A stretch of DNA of 64,000 nucleotides from Octopus vulgaris (lineage: Eukaryota): the NCBI GenBank assembly GCA_951406725.2, contig OX597814.1:43028001-43092000 (forward strand). Direction: 5' to 3'. Positions within the stretch are counted from its first letter, which is position 1; each line of letters begins with the position of its first letter. Made by a program: the position numbers and the translations under genes. The notes under the pieces are model-generated. The model searched no databases and was not told the origin of the DNA. It saw nothing but the letters and a program-made list of their open reading frames with translations. This document shows, piece after piece, positions 25,265 through 36,841 of this stretch.

Positions 25265-26127
25265 CCTGTGTCTGTTTGCTGTGGTGGTCTGGTATATAGT
25301 GGGTAGTCCCACCTGCGGGCTTGGGTTTGATGAAGCCAGGTCAGCTGCTGTACAATCTTTTGTGCCATGCACAAAAAAGATTGTTGCTCAGCAGCTGCTC
25401 TTTCGACAACATCATGTTGGCTGTTTGTGGCGCGCACAACATCTGCGTACCTCCGCTTTGGGGCAGGTGGTGCGTGGTCCATCCCTTTTCTTTGTGTTGA
25501 TGGTTTGTCCATCTGCCTCGTGTCTCTGTGGCAGGGTCCCCGATGTGCAAAGCGGCAGCCTGCACCTTCCTTTCCATGCCAGCAGGAACCTCTCAGGTAG
25601 AACATACACACCCGTGTGGGCTGTTTGGTTCCATCCTTTGCGGTTCCACTTCTATTCCTGGTTGTTTCACTCTTTGGTCCTGCTTGAGCTTTTTCTTTTC
25701 CTTTAGCTCTTCCAGTCCTTCTTTTAGTTCTTCTTCCTCCCTCTACCTCTTCACCGGGTTCTCCGTCTCCATGGCCCTTGCTGCCGGTTGGAGAACTTGC
25801 ACCTGGGTTCACTTCCCGGGCAGGTTTCTCATTCAAAACCTCCTCCCGGGCGTCCACCAGGTGGGGGTGACTTCTTTCATCGTCTCCATTCTTGTCATCT
25901 TTGCCCCGCTCGTTCTCAAAGATGGCATCAAGTGCGCCAATGTGCGACCGTACAAGCGCATATGAGCGCACGAATTCCCGTCTCTTTCGCTCCATCTGAG
26001 CCGCTGTCCTCTTGTAGCCTCTGCTCTTCAGCGCAGCCGCAATCACCTCGCTAGGGCTATCTCCGCCGGCGCACTCCCATGCTTGTACGAGTAAATCCAG
26101 CTCGTCAGGTCTCCATGCTCTGGACAT
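25216..26127 (-). CDS. LINE ORF1 protein: N-terminal Myb/SANT (trihelix)-like domain and CCCH zinc finger
   Basis: Intact 303-aa ORF with WRPDELDLLVQAW...IAAALKSRGYKRTAAQMERKRREF and CMFYLRGSCWHGKEGAGCRFAH (C-x7-C-x8-C-x3-H). Confidence 0.8.
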   Translation of the reverse strand: MSRAWRPDELDLLVQAWECAGGDSPSEVIAAALKSRGYKRTAAQMERKRREFVRSYALVRSHIGALDAIFENERGKDDKNGDDERSHPHLVDAREEVLNEKPAREVNPGASSPTGSKGHGDGEPGEEVEGGRRTKRRTGRAKGKEKAQAGPKSETTRNRSGTAKDGTKQPTRVCMFYLRGSCWHGKEGAGCRFAHRGPCHRDTRQMDKPSTQRKGMDHAPPAPKRRYADVVRATNSQHDVVERAAAEQQSFLCMAQKIVQQLTWLHQTQARRWDYPLYTRPPQQTDTGWTPPATTYTSPRYSY

Positions 26128-26186
26128 GCTGGATAATCCGTCTATCCGTTTATCTATCTAATTATGTTCGAGAGAAGACAGGAAGA

Positions 26187-27582
26187 TATTAAGGCTAATT
26201 AGAAGATAGAGTACTTGAAAAAGAAATATTAACAATATTAAAGTTTGTGTAAAAACGTTATTTGGGTAAAAACGTTATTTAATCTTAAGGCTAATTAGGG
26301 GATAGAGTATCTGAAAATGTATTAGCAATATTAATATTATATTAGAGTGTGGATAAAAACGTTGTTTAATCTTAAGGCTAATTAGCAGATAGATTATCTG
26401 AAAATATATTAGCAATATTAATATTATATTAGAGTGTGGGTAAAAAAAACGTTATTTAATCTTAAGGCTAATTTGGAGATAGAGTATCTGAAAATATATT
26501 AGTAATATTAATATTATATTAGAGTGTGGGTAATATTAAACGTTATTTAATTTAATCTTAAGGCTAATTAGAAGACAGAGTATCTGAAAAATTATATATA
26601 CAATATTAAGCAATATTAACCGTTATTTAATTTAATCTTAAGGCTAATTAGACGTTATTAATATTAAACGTTATTTAATTTAATCTTAAGGCTAATTAGA
26701 AGATGGAGTATCTGAAAATATATTAGCAATATTAATATTATATTAGAGTGTGGGTGAAAACGTTATTTAATCTTAAGGCTAATTAGAAGATAGAGTATCT
26801 GAAGAATTATTAACAATATTAAAACTATATTAAACGTTATTTAATTTAATCTTAAGGCTAATTAACAATAATTATTAACAATATTAAACAATATTAAACG
26901 TTATTTAATTTAATCCTAAGGCTAATTAACAATAATTATTAACAATATTAAACAATATTAAACGTTATTTAATTTAATCTTAAGGCTAATTAACAGTAAT
27001 TATTAACAATATTAAACAATATTAAACGTTATTTAATTTAATCCTAAGGCTAATTAACAATAATTATTAACAATATTAAACAATATTAAACGTTATTTAA
27101 TTTAATCCTAAGGCTAATTAGACGTTATTAATATTAAACGTTATTTAATTTAATCTTAAGGCAAATTAGAAGATGGAGTATCTGAAAAATTATTAACAAT
27201 ATTAAAACTATATTAAACGTTATTTAATTTAATCTTAAGGCTAATTAACAATAATTATTAACAATATTAAACAATATTAAACGTTATTTAAATTAATCCT
27301 AAGGCTAATTAACAATAATTATTAACAATATTAAACAATATTAAACGTTATTTAATTTAATCTTAAGGCTAAATAACAATAATTATTAACAATATTAAAA
27401 CAATATTAAACGTTATTTAATTTAATCCTAAGGCTAATTAACAATAATTATTAACAATATTAAACAATATTAAACGTTATTTAATTTAATCCTAAGGCTA
27501 ATTTGACGGTATCAATATTAAACGTTATTTAATTTAATCTTAAGGCTAATTAGAAGATAGAGTATCTGGAAAATTATTATAT
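26187..27582. repeat. Complex tandem array (~20 units of ~48, ~64 and ~80-95 bp) upstream of LINE ORF1
   Basis: Constant core AACGTTATTTAA(TTTAA)TCYTAAGGCTAATTA separated by a few recurring linker types. Confidence 0.93.
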
Positions 27583-28027
27583 CGAGAACAGATATTGAAA
27601 ATATAAACAAACAAAATGACGATCGCAACTTTAACTAAGATGTGGGCCTAAGTGAAAGATAAAATAGAATAATAAATAAAATATGAAATAGATGAAATTG
27701 ATACTTAATCCAACAATGTGGTCTGGATTATTTTTTTTGGTTTACGGGATTTTTTTCAGGAGAGATGCTTCTTTTTTCTTTCTTGCAGGAGATAACTTGA
27801 TTCAGTTATTTTTGCACCATGTGCGTTTCGGCGAAAATGAAAATTACTGTGTATATGTATATATTTATATATATATTTTTTTAAATATTTTTAACCAAAG
27901 TGTTGTAGTGATCTCTATGACTTAGAGTTTTACGTTTTGCAACTACAGTGGGTTATTTCGCCGATCTATGCAAACTTTTTCACAGAGAAGAGGCAATACG
28001 TCTCTCTCTGTTAAAAACGGAACCGAT

Positions 28028-28113
28028 ACATATATATATATTTATTTATATATATATATCACGTAATATATATGTATATATATATATGCATATATATATA
28101 AATATATATATAT

Positions 28114-28159
<46 letters not shown>

Positions 28160-28176
28160 AAATATATACATATATA

Positions 28177-28211
<35 letters not shown>

Positions 28212-28245
28212 AAATATATACATATATATGCTATATATATATATA

Positions 28246-28290
<45 letters not shown>

Positions 28291-28292
28291 AA

Positions 28293-28326
<34 letters not shown>

Positions 28327-28352
28327 ATATATACATATATATGCATATATAT
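28028..28352. repeat. (TA)n-based microsatellite
   Basis: Read directly from the sequence. Confidence 0.97.
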
Positions 28353-29195
28353 AGCCTTGATATTAACTCTCACACGACTCTGCATCTTTCTTTCTTTCTC
28401 TCCCATTCCCTTTTTCGTCCTTTTTCCCTCACTTAACTTGTCTCTTCCTCTCTCTCTCATTCTTCATTCTCTCTCTCCCCCTCACCATTCTTCATGGTCT
28501 CCTCGCACCATTCCCCTTCTTCTCTCTCTTCCTCTTGCTCCTCCTCCCCCATTCCCGTCGTCCATCTGCGACGATACTTCCGTCGTAACTGCTATCCTGT
28601 CTTTTCTCGCCCGCCTTCTAAGGCCACTGGTCGACATTCTTTCTCTCTCGTCGTCCACTATAATCCAGTGTTTGCATTACTTTTTTCGTCTGGCGTAAAC
28701 AGCCCTTCTTATCTTGTTCTCCTTGTCCTGCCTCTCACTGTTATATATTTATTTTTCAACTGTTTATATATAATTTTTTTTTTTTTACTGTTTATATGTT
28801 TGTACTGTCGTTACCGTCTTGCTTTTTTTACCATTTTTTACTCCTCTGCGAAAAGATCTCAGAATTTTAATTGATTTGCTTTTCGCAGGAAGGAAGTTTC
28901 TTCGAAGTATACGTCTCGCTTTTATCCTTCGAAACGTAGAGTAGATGAAACCTTAGCGACTGGAGAAGGGGATTTTTCGTTGTGCTTATTGTCCTGTATC
29001 TCTTTTTTCTTTTTTGCTTGTCCTGTTCCTTGGTTGTGTCTATGTTTTTCGTCTCTCTATGTATTCGACGTCTTTTTGGTGTCCTGTACACATATATGCG
29101 TGTATATGTACATGTAGAGGTAGGTACGTACATATATGTTTATATATATGCATATGTTCTATTTTATTAACATATATATATATATATATGTATAA

Positions 29196-29232
<37 letters not shown>

Positions 29233-29267
29233 TGTATATGTATATATATATATATGTATATATATGG

Positions 29268-29323
<56 letters not shown>

Positions 29324-29352
29324 GTATATATATATATATATGTATATATATA

Positions 29353-29448
<96 letters not shown>

Positions 29449-29468
29449 ATACATATATATATATATAC

Positions 29469-29516
<48 letters not shown>

Positions 29517-29738
29517 TTATACATATATATATATATATGTTAATAAAATAGAACAGATGCATATATATAAACATATATGTACGTACCTACCTCTACATGT
29601 ACATATACACGCATATATGTGTACAGGACACCAAAAAGACGTCGAATACATAGAGAGACGAAAAACATAGACACAACCAAGGAACAGGACAAGCAAAAAA
29701 GAAAAAAAGAGATACAGGACAATAAGCACAACGAAAAA

Positions 29739-29740
<2 letters not shown>
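28353..29740 (+). mobile_element. Probable Penelope-like pseudo-LTR with inverted partial copy around a (TA)n tract
   Basis: ~28972-29200 is a near-perfect inverted copy of ~29508-29740. 28930-29000 loosely resembles the minus strand at 15835-15895. Confidence 0.5.
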
Positions 29741-29789
<49 letters not shown>

Positions 29790-29838
29790 AAATATGTATA
29801 TATATGTATAAATATGTATATATATATATATATATATG

Positions 29839-29885
<47 letters not shown>

Positions 29886-30131
29886 AAATATGTATATATA
29901 TATATATATATATGTATAAATATGTATATATATATATATATATATACGTATAAATATGTATAAATATGTATATATATATATATATATATGTATAAATATG
30001 TATATATATATATATATGTATAAATATGTATAAATATGTATATATATATATATATATATATGTATAAATATGTATATATATATATATATGTATAAATATG
30101 TATATATATATATATATATATGTATAAATAT

Positions 30132-30162
<31 letters not shown>

Positions 30163-30187
30163 AATATGTATATATATATATGTATAA

Positions 30188-30227
<40 letters not shown>

Positions 30228-30289
30228 AAATATGTATATATATATATATATATATGTATAAATATGTATATATATATATATATGTATAA

Positions 30290-30338
<49 letters not shown>

Positions 30339-30409
30339 ATATATATATATGTATAAATATGTATATATATATATATATGTATAAATATGTATATATATGT
30401 ATAAATATG

Positions 30410-30440
<31 letters not shown>

Positions 30441-30490
30441 GTATATATATATATGTATAAATATATATATATATATATATATATGTATAA

Positions 30491-30549
<59 letters not shown>

Positions 30550-30721
30550 TTATATATATATATAAGTTATTCTAAGTTATATATATATATATATGTATAA
30601 ATATGTATATATAAATATGTGTATATATATATATATGTATAAATATGTATATATAAATATGTATATATATATATATATATATGTATAAATATGTATATAT
30701 AAATATGTATATATAAATATG

Positions 30722-30769
<48 letters not shown>

Positions 30770-30866
30770 AAATATGTTATATATATATATATATATATGT
30801 ATAAATATGTATATATATATATATATATATGTATAAATATGCATATATATATATATATATGTATAA

Positions 30867-30942
<76 letters not shown>

Positions 30943-31031
30943 AAATATGTATATATATATATATATATGTGTGTATAAATATGTATATGTATATATATAT
31001 ATGTATAAATATGTGTATGTATATATATATG

Positions 31032-31065
<34 letters not shown>

Positions 31066-31068
31066 TAA

Positions 31069-31112
<44 letters not shown>

Positions 31113-31113
31113 A

Positions 31114-31148
<35 letters not shown>

Positions 31149-31162
31149 GTATATATATATAT
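29741..31162. repeat. ~1.4 kb (TA)n-GTATAAA interrupted microsatellite
   Basis: Read directly; TGTATAAATA interruptions recur throughout. Confidence 0.97.
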
Positions 31163-33952
31163 AAATCCTTAAAAATCCTTTAGCCCGTAGGCCGCGGCCA
31201 TGCTGGGGCACCACCGCTGAATGAGCTACACTAGTTTGTGAATCCACCTCTGATACGTGGCACTTGATCAACAAGGGAGTTCGATGCTGCTGCCCGCATC
31301 CGTGTCTCCTGTCGTGAGGTAGGTTCATCTGGGACTCCCAACAAGAAGAGATCCAGTTTAGTTTTAAAGAAACTCACATCCACAACATGTAAGTCTCTCA
31401 GGCATTTAGGGAGGATATTAAAGAGCTGTGGTCCTCTGAAACCCAAGCTGTTGCAGTATCTGGACCTGTATTTTGATGGTGACGTTGGAATCCTTGGCAC
31501 CACGCAGCGGCGCCCCGTTCTGCGGTTGGAGTAACTTTGAATGCCAAAGTTTGGGACAAGACCCTCCAGGATTTTCCAGATGTATATCACTGCATATCTC
31601 TCCGCCTCCGCTCCAGGGAGAAGAGGTTTAATACCTTCAGTCTTTCCCAGTAGCTGACATTTTGCATTGAGACGATTTTCTTTGTGTAGCTTCTCTGAGT
31701 TGCTTCGAGTTCTGCTGTTTGTTTTATATTGTGTGGTGACCAAAGTTGGGAGCAGTAGTCCAAGCGGCTGAGGACAAATGTTTTCCATAGGACCATCAGT
31801 GTCTCCTTCTCTCTTGTTCTGAAAGTTCGGAGAATCCATCCAGCTAGCCGTCTGCATTTTATCACCAGATTAGCAATATGCATTTGGAAAGATGCATCAT
31901 TGCTCATGTCAATGCCCAGGTCACGCACTGATTTTGACTCAGGGATTGCAATTCTTCCTGGGCCAGTGTATCCAGTCTTCACGTCATTTACCTTTGTGTG
32001 CCAGTAGCGCAGGGCCTGGAACTTACCTGCATTAAACTGCATGTTGTTGTCCTCAGCCCACCTGTATATTGTGTCCAGCTCATGTTGCAGATGCGCAATA
32101 TTTTCAGGGTTTTGTATTGCGTGGGAGACTTTTGTGTCATCTGCATAGCTAGCAAGGGTGGTCATCGTAGCAACTGAAGGCATGTCTGAAAGGGCCACTA
32201 TGAACATCAGTGGCCCCAAGACAGTGCCCTGTGGGACACCGCTTGTTATTTGCGTTTCCCTGGAGGTGGCTCCATTGCTCACAACTGCCTGTTTTCTGTC
32301 TTTTAGGAAGTTGTGCAGCCACTCTCCAAGTTTCCCGCCTATGCCGAGACCACGCAGTTTGTAACAGATCATACCATGGTCGACTTTATCAAAGGCTTTT
32401 GCAAAGTCAAGATATATTACATCCACATTTGAGCCATTTAGTAGCTGTTTCAACACCCAGTCATAGTGTTGCAGGAGCTGTGTTAGGCAGCCTCTACCTG
32501 GTCGAAATCCATGCTGGGTGTCAGACAGTAAGTCATTTTTTTCAAGGAACATGATTAGTTACTTACGGACTATTCGTTCCATGACTTTGCTGATGTGTGA
32601 GGTCAGAGAGATAGGCCTATAATTTTTAGCATCTGCTCTGCTACCTCCCTTATGGATAGGGCATATTACCCCCTCTTTCAGTTTGACTGGGAGCTTACCA
32701 CTTGCAAGAAAGCTCTGAAAAAGAAGCTGTAGCGGTTTTGCAAGGGCTCGTTTGCACGATTTGAGAAGGATCGCTGGGAATCCATCAGGTCCAGCAGCTG
32801 AGTTTGTGTCAATCTCATCAATGGCTAGTGTGATATCATCTTCTTCGATGTTGATGTACTCAATTTTTGTCTCTTTGGCCGCTGGTAAAGTGGCAAAGAA
32901 TTCTTCTGGGTTGTTTACTTGCCTGTGTCCTAGAGGTGTAGTGAACACACTTTGGAACTGTTCGTTCAGTATTTCACTTATCCTCGTGGGATTTCCTGTG
33001 AGAGAGCCATCTTTTTGGAAGAGAGGTCCTATTCTCTGGTGCACTGTGGCTGTCTCTTTGGCAAACTTAAAGAAAGCTTTAGGGTTTGATTTTATATTTT
33101 CTATTACCCAAGCTTCTTTATCTGCTCTCTCCTTTTCATGGGACTGATGTAGACTTTTCTCAGTTTCCATTAGCATTCTTTCGAGCCGAGACTTCTCACC
33201 ACTTTTGGTGTGCTTGCTCAGGCGGTTTGCAATCCTTGTCCGTCGTCTCATAAGAATCCTCCTTTCTCTAGGGATCCTGTTTTTGTTCTTGTGTGTGCTG
33301 GCCCTGCACATTGGGACATATTTGTCACATATGGCTTGTATTATGGACATGAAGTGTTTGTGTTTCATGTTTATGTCCGGTGTGGAGAGACATTCAGGCC
33401 AATCCTGTTTGAGGATCTCTTTCTCAATCGACTTCCAGTTGGCTTTATGAAAGTTTAAGTTGGAGAGATGGTGGGTGCTTCGTATAGGCTGTGTGTCTGC
33501 GGGGGCTTTTGTTCCATACATAGACAGCTCTATTATGTTGTGATCCGAGATCATTGTCGGCATCACATTAACATTATGGATAATATCCATATTGTTTGTG
33601 AAGCAGAGATCCAGTATATTATCTGCCCTTGTTGGTTGCAGAACTATTTGCTCCATGAAAGAGGCATTTGTGAGATGGAGCAGGGACTCCACCTGTGCCT
33701 GCTGATGGTGTGTCATCCCTGGGAGCATCTGCCCCCCAGGCCATTCCACATTGGGGAGGTTTAAGTCACCCATGAAGAATACACTGTTGTGCTGTTCAAT
33801 GTTGGTGAGGACTTCTCCTATTTTTGTTAGGCAGTCTTCAAACATGCCTGAGTGTTTTGGGGCATCTGGTGGGCGATATGTAGTGCATATGACGATATTC
33901 AGTTGTCTTATGTGTACAATTTGAGTTTCACATACTGAGTTTGAATATGACA
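31163..33952 (-). mobile_element. 5'-truncated CR1/L2-group LINE (sister subfamily of the 22-27 kb element), ORF2 pseudogene
   Basis: Starts mid-APE ([17 protein letters not shown]). Contains [30 protein letters not shown] and YADD. In-frame stop at 32559, frameshift at ~31600, AAGGATTT-type tail. Confidence 0.93.
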
Positions 33953-33970
33953 TATATATATATATATATG

Positions 33971-34004
<34 letters not shown>

Positions 34005-34288
34005 TAAATATATATATATATTTATATAAATATATACATATATATGCATATATATATATGTATAAATATATATATATATATATATATAAATATATACATA
34101 TATATGCATATATATATACATATATATATATGCATATATATATACATATATATATATGCATATATATATACATATATATATGTGCATATATATATACATA
34201 TATATATATGCATATATATATACATATATATATATGCATATATAGATACATATATATATATGCATATATATACATATATATATATATA

Positions 34289-34335
<47 letters not shown>

Positions 34336-34343
34336 TATATAAT
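33953..34343. repeat. (TA)n-based microsatellite
   Basis: Read directly from the sequence. Confidence 0.97.
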
Positions 34344-34367
34344 ATGTTACATTTACTCAATGGTCAA

Positions 34368-34428
34368 GATAACACTCTGAGTTTCAGATGCCGAAGTGGA
34401 AATCCACAACACCATCTTTTCAGTTATC
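34368..34428 (-). ncRNA. Degenerate hammerhead-like motif (CUGAAAA core, GUG triplet)
   Basis: Minus: GATAA CTGAAAA gatggtgtt-GTGGA-tt-TCCAC-ttcggcatct GAAAC tcaga GTG TTATC. Homologous to 7634-7693. Confidence 0.45.
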
Positions 34429-34944
34429 TGGCCATCTGAAAAACGCTATGAAAAAATACCGTTATATAAAGGGAAATTACAGTGTTATAATTCTGCAGCG
34501 GAAGGTGCGGTCTATGCGACATGGAGAGATGGCTTATCTGGAAAAGCAGCTTAGACCTTACAACATGTCTAAACTCAAGGACAGAACTTTTCAGATCATG
34601 CCCAAATGTGACTAAATTTTGTTACGTTTCTGGTCCCCTAAAGAAAACAGATAGAACTTGTTTTCTATATTATGTCCCAAAAAGATTTTTATCTCATTAT
34701 ACCTTTTATTATTTCATATATATTTTTATAATTTCACACAATTTTTTTCTGTTCTTTTCTATCCTGCATTTTTCCCTGTGCCTATATAGATGTGTATATA
34801 GATTCATTTGTACACGTGTGTGAATATGTATGAGTGGGCAGTTTTAGATGTGTGCGTGTGTGCGGGCATAAGAATGCACATATATATATAGACGTTTTTA
34901 CTTAGTATTTTTCCATTGGGTGGGGCGGGGCATATGTATATTCA

Positions 34945-36737
34945 TTACAGGATTTGAAACCACGGAGGCTCAATTTAATTCAATTTAATTCAATTTAATT
35001 TAATTGAACTTAATTTAATTTAATACACCCATTTTTTACCGCCTTTTCTTTCTCTACTGCTTTAAAAGAAAATTCTTTTACTGCTTTATTTATTTCTTTT
35101 GGGCTTATCGTCCGAACCACACGTGTTTACTGTAACTTGCTGATTATTTATTGTTGAACTATTGTTGAACGTTTTTGTTATACGGTTTTTGGTTTTTGTG
35201 TGTCTGTATTGAGACAGACAAGGACAATCCCTAATGAGAGAGACCGCAAGAGTGTTCGAAGCCCTATCGGACTTGTCTACGTCTGAGGAGGAATTAGAGG
35301 AAGCGGTGAGGAGAATGGACCAGAAACTAGGAAATACCTATGCTGGAGTGGCTAAAAAATCGGAGGAGAGAGGGTTGGACTTGGCCAAGCTGATAAGTTA
35401 CCAGAATTATGTCAGGAAGGACGGAGGTGAGGTGGAATTGGCACCACCACGAAAGCGCAGAGAATGGTACGAGAAAAGAACCATTACATACAGGGTCTAC
35501 GTAAACGGAAAGAGAAAGATCGAAGTGGTGAATATGGAGCGGATAGAGGAGGCTCTGAGAAGAACAGAAGAGGAAATAATATTTCTGACAAGAGGTACAA
35601 GCTATGGTACTGTGGTGGTACAGTTCATGAGTGAAAATACAGCAAGGAGGATGGCGGCGAAAGCAGTGAAATCTGAGAGGGTATTCCTTTTTCCCTCATA
35701 CTTAAACAGGAAAATTACCAGAATAAGGGTTGAGGGAATACCCCCAAACGTCGAAGCTGAGTGGATTGTGATAGCTATAATTAGCGATCATGAGGATGAG
35801 GTGGACATCCTCCATGCCACGGTAAAGACCGAGGGCTGGAGAGGCGCGACACTGGATCTAAATGTGCAGGCGGAGGATGATGTACTGGAGGACCTAGCAG
35901 AAAATATCAGATTGGGAGACGTAATCATGAGAGTGTGCGTGGATGGTAGATGTCCACGTTGTTACAAGTGTGGCCTGAGGGGACACATAAGAGCTAACTT
36001 CCCTCCCCCAGAGAAAGATATGGATGCGGAACAACAAAGAGAGGCGGAAAAAGAGCAGAAAACAGAAGAGAAGGAGATAACAGAAGAAGAAAAGAATTCA
36101 AAAGAATGGGAAGAAGCCAGGAGAAAGAGGAAAAGAAGAATAAAAGGAAAACCAAACAGTATGGAATCCCAAACCACCCCAACACCACCCACACTCTCTG
36201 AGTCCCACCCTCTCCCTGCAGACAGTGAACCCACCCGCTCCCCTCCAACAAGAAAACAGAAAAGAAAGGACACACACAACCATGATACAAAAAATGAACC
36301 CAGGCCAAACATTGTATGTATGACAGGAAAAGAAAAGATTAAAAAGACAATGGAAGAATATCAATGGTGTGACAGAGGACCGATCAGGTATGCAGAAATT
36401 GGAAAAGAACGAATGGACGAGTTTATGATAATGTTCGAAAGGGAGGATTGGGAAGTAAATGAAGTGAGAATGGTCGAAAAAATCATGAGGGATTTGGAAG
36501 AGACGTTTGAAACAAGGATGGAGATGGAAGGACTTTGTATAGGAATTGAACAAGGAGCATTTGTGTGGGATTAACGACTAAAGGACAGGTAAGTGATGCT
36601 AGCGGATGGGGCGGTTAGCATCACTTTCATATTATCATTTTCAAAATTCATCTTTCATTCGTTGTAATCGTGATGTTCTATGTCCCCAATATTTGTAGTG
36701 TCCCCCTCTGTGTGGCCCCTAGCGGGTAATAAAGAGA
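34945..36737 (+). mobile_element. ORF1-only non-LTR retroelement (HAL1-like, L1/Tx1-related)
   Basis: T-rich 5' leader, single ORF, ~160-nt 3' UTR with a hairpin and AATAAAG end. No APE/RT follows. The 5' boundary is approximate. Confidence 0.6.
35234..36574 (+). CDS. Gag-like/ORF1 protein with RRM-like region and degenerate zinc knuckle
   Basis: 446-aa open frame with YGTVVVQF...TRIRVEGIPPNV (RRM-like) and CYKCGLRGHIRANF (CX2CX4HX4C with the last C replaced by F), followed by a charged/Pro-rich linker. Confidence 0.8.
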   Translation: MRETARVFEALSDLSTSEEELEEAVRRMDQKLGNTYAGVAKKSEERGLDLAKLISYQNYVRKDGGEVELAPPRKRREWYEKRTITYRVYVNGKRKIEVVNMERIEEALRRTEEEIIFLTRGTSYGTVVVQFMSENTARRMAAKAVKSERVFLFPSYLNRKITRIRVEGIPPNVEAEWIVIAIISDHEDEVDILHATVKTEGWRGATLDLNVQAEDDVLEDLAENIRLGDVIMRVCVDGRCPRCYKCGLRGHIRANFPPPEKDMDAEQQREAEKEQKTEEKEITEEEKNSKEWEEARRKRKRRIKGKPNSMESQTTPTPPTLSESHPLPADSEPTRSPPTRKQKRKDTHNHDTKNEPRPNIVCMTGKEKIKKTMEEYQWCDRGPIRYAEIGKERMDEFMIMFEREDWEVNEVRMVEKIMRDLEETFETRMEMEGLCIGIEQGAFVWD

Positions 36738-36841
36738 ACTCTTTCTTTTGGGCTATCCGAGCATGAATGCCTCAATAGGAAAGCAAACAACATTCTGCTG
36801 GCTTGGTACGCAATGATGTCTATCTTTATGTATATATTTTT

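Larger units (their letters stand above)
22177..27600 (-). mobile_element. Near-full-length CR1/L2-group (Crack/Daphne-like) LINE with (AATC)n tail
   Basis: ORF1 plus APE-RT ORF2, short 3' UTR, (AATC)n tail at 22177-22201 and a tandem array upstream. The 5' boundary is uncertain and could extend to ~28030. Confidence 0.9.

Noticed and set aside
23925-26054. Plus-strand ORFs over the LINEs (also 32158-33764) and minus-strand ORFs over 35962-36553
   Set aside because: Antisense shadows of real coding frames with no motifs.
26187-27582. CRISPR-like repeat/spacer appearance
   Set aside because: The linkers are themselves repeated, there are no cas genes, and the context is eukaryotic.
32559-34265. 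568-aa ORF as a novel fusion protein
   Set aside because: The first ~105 aa are (TA)n read-through into a truncated LINE ORF2.
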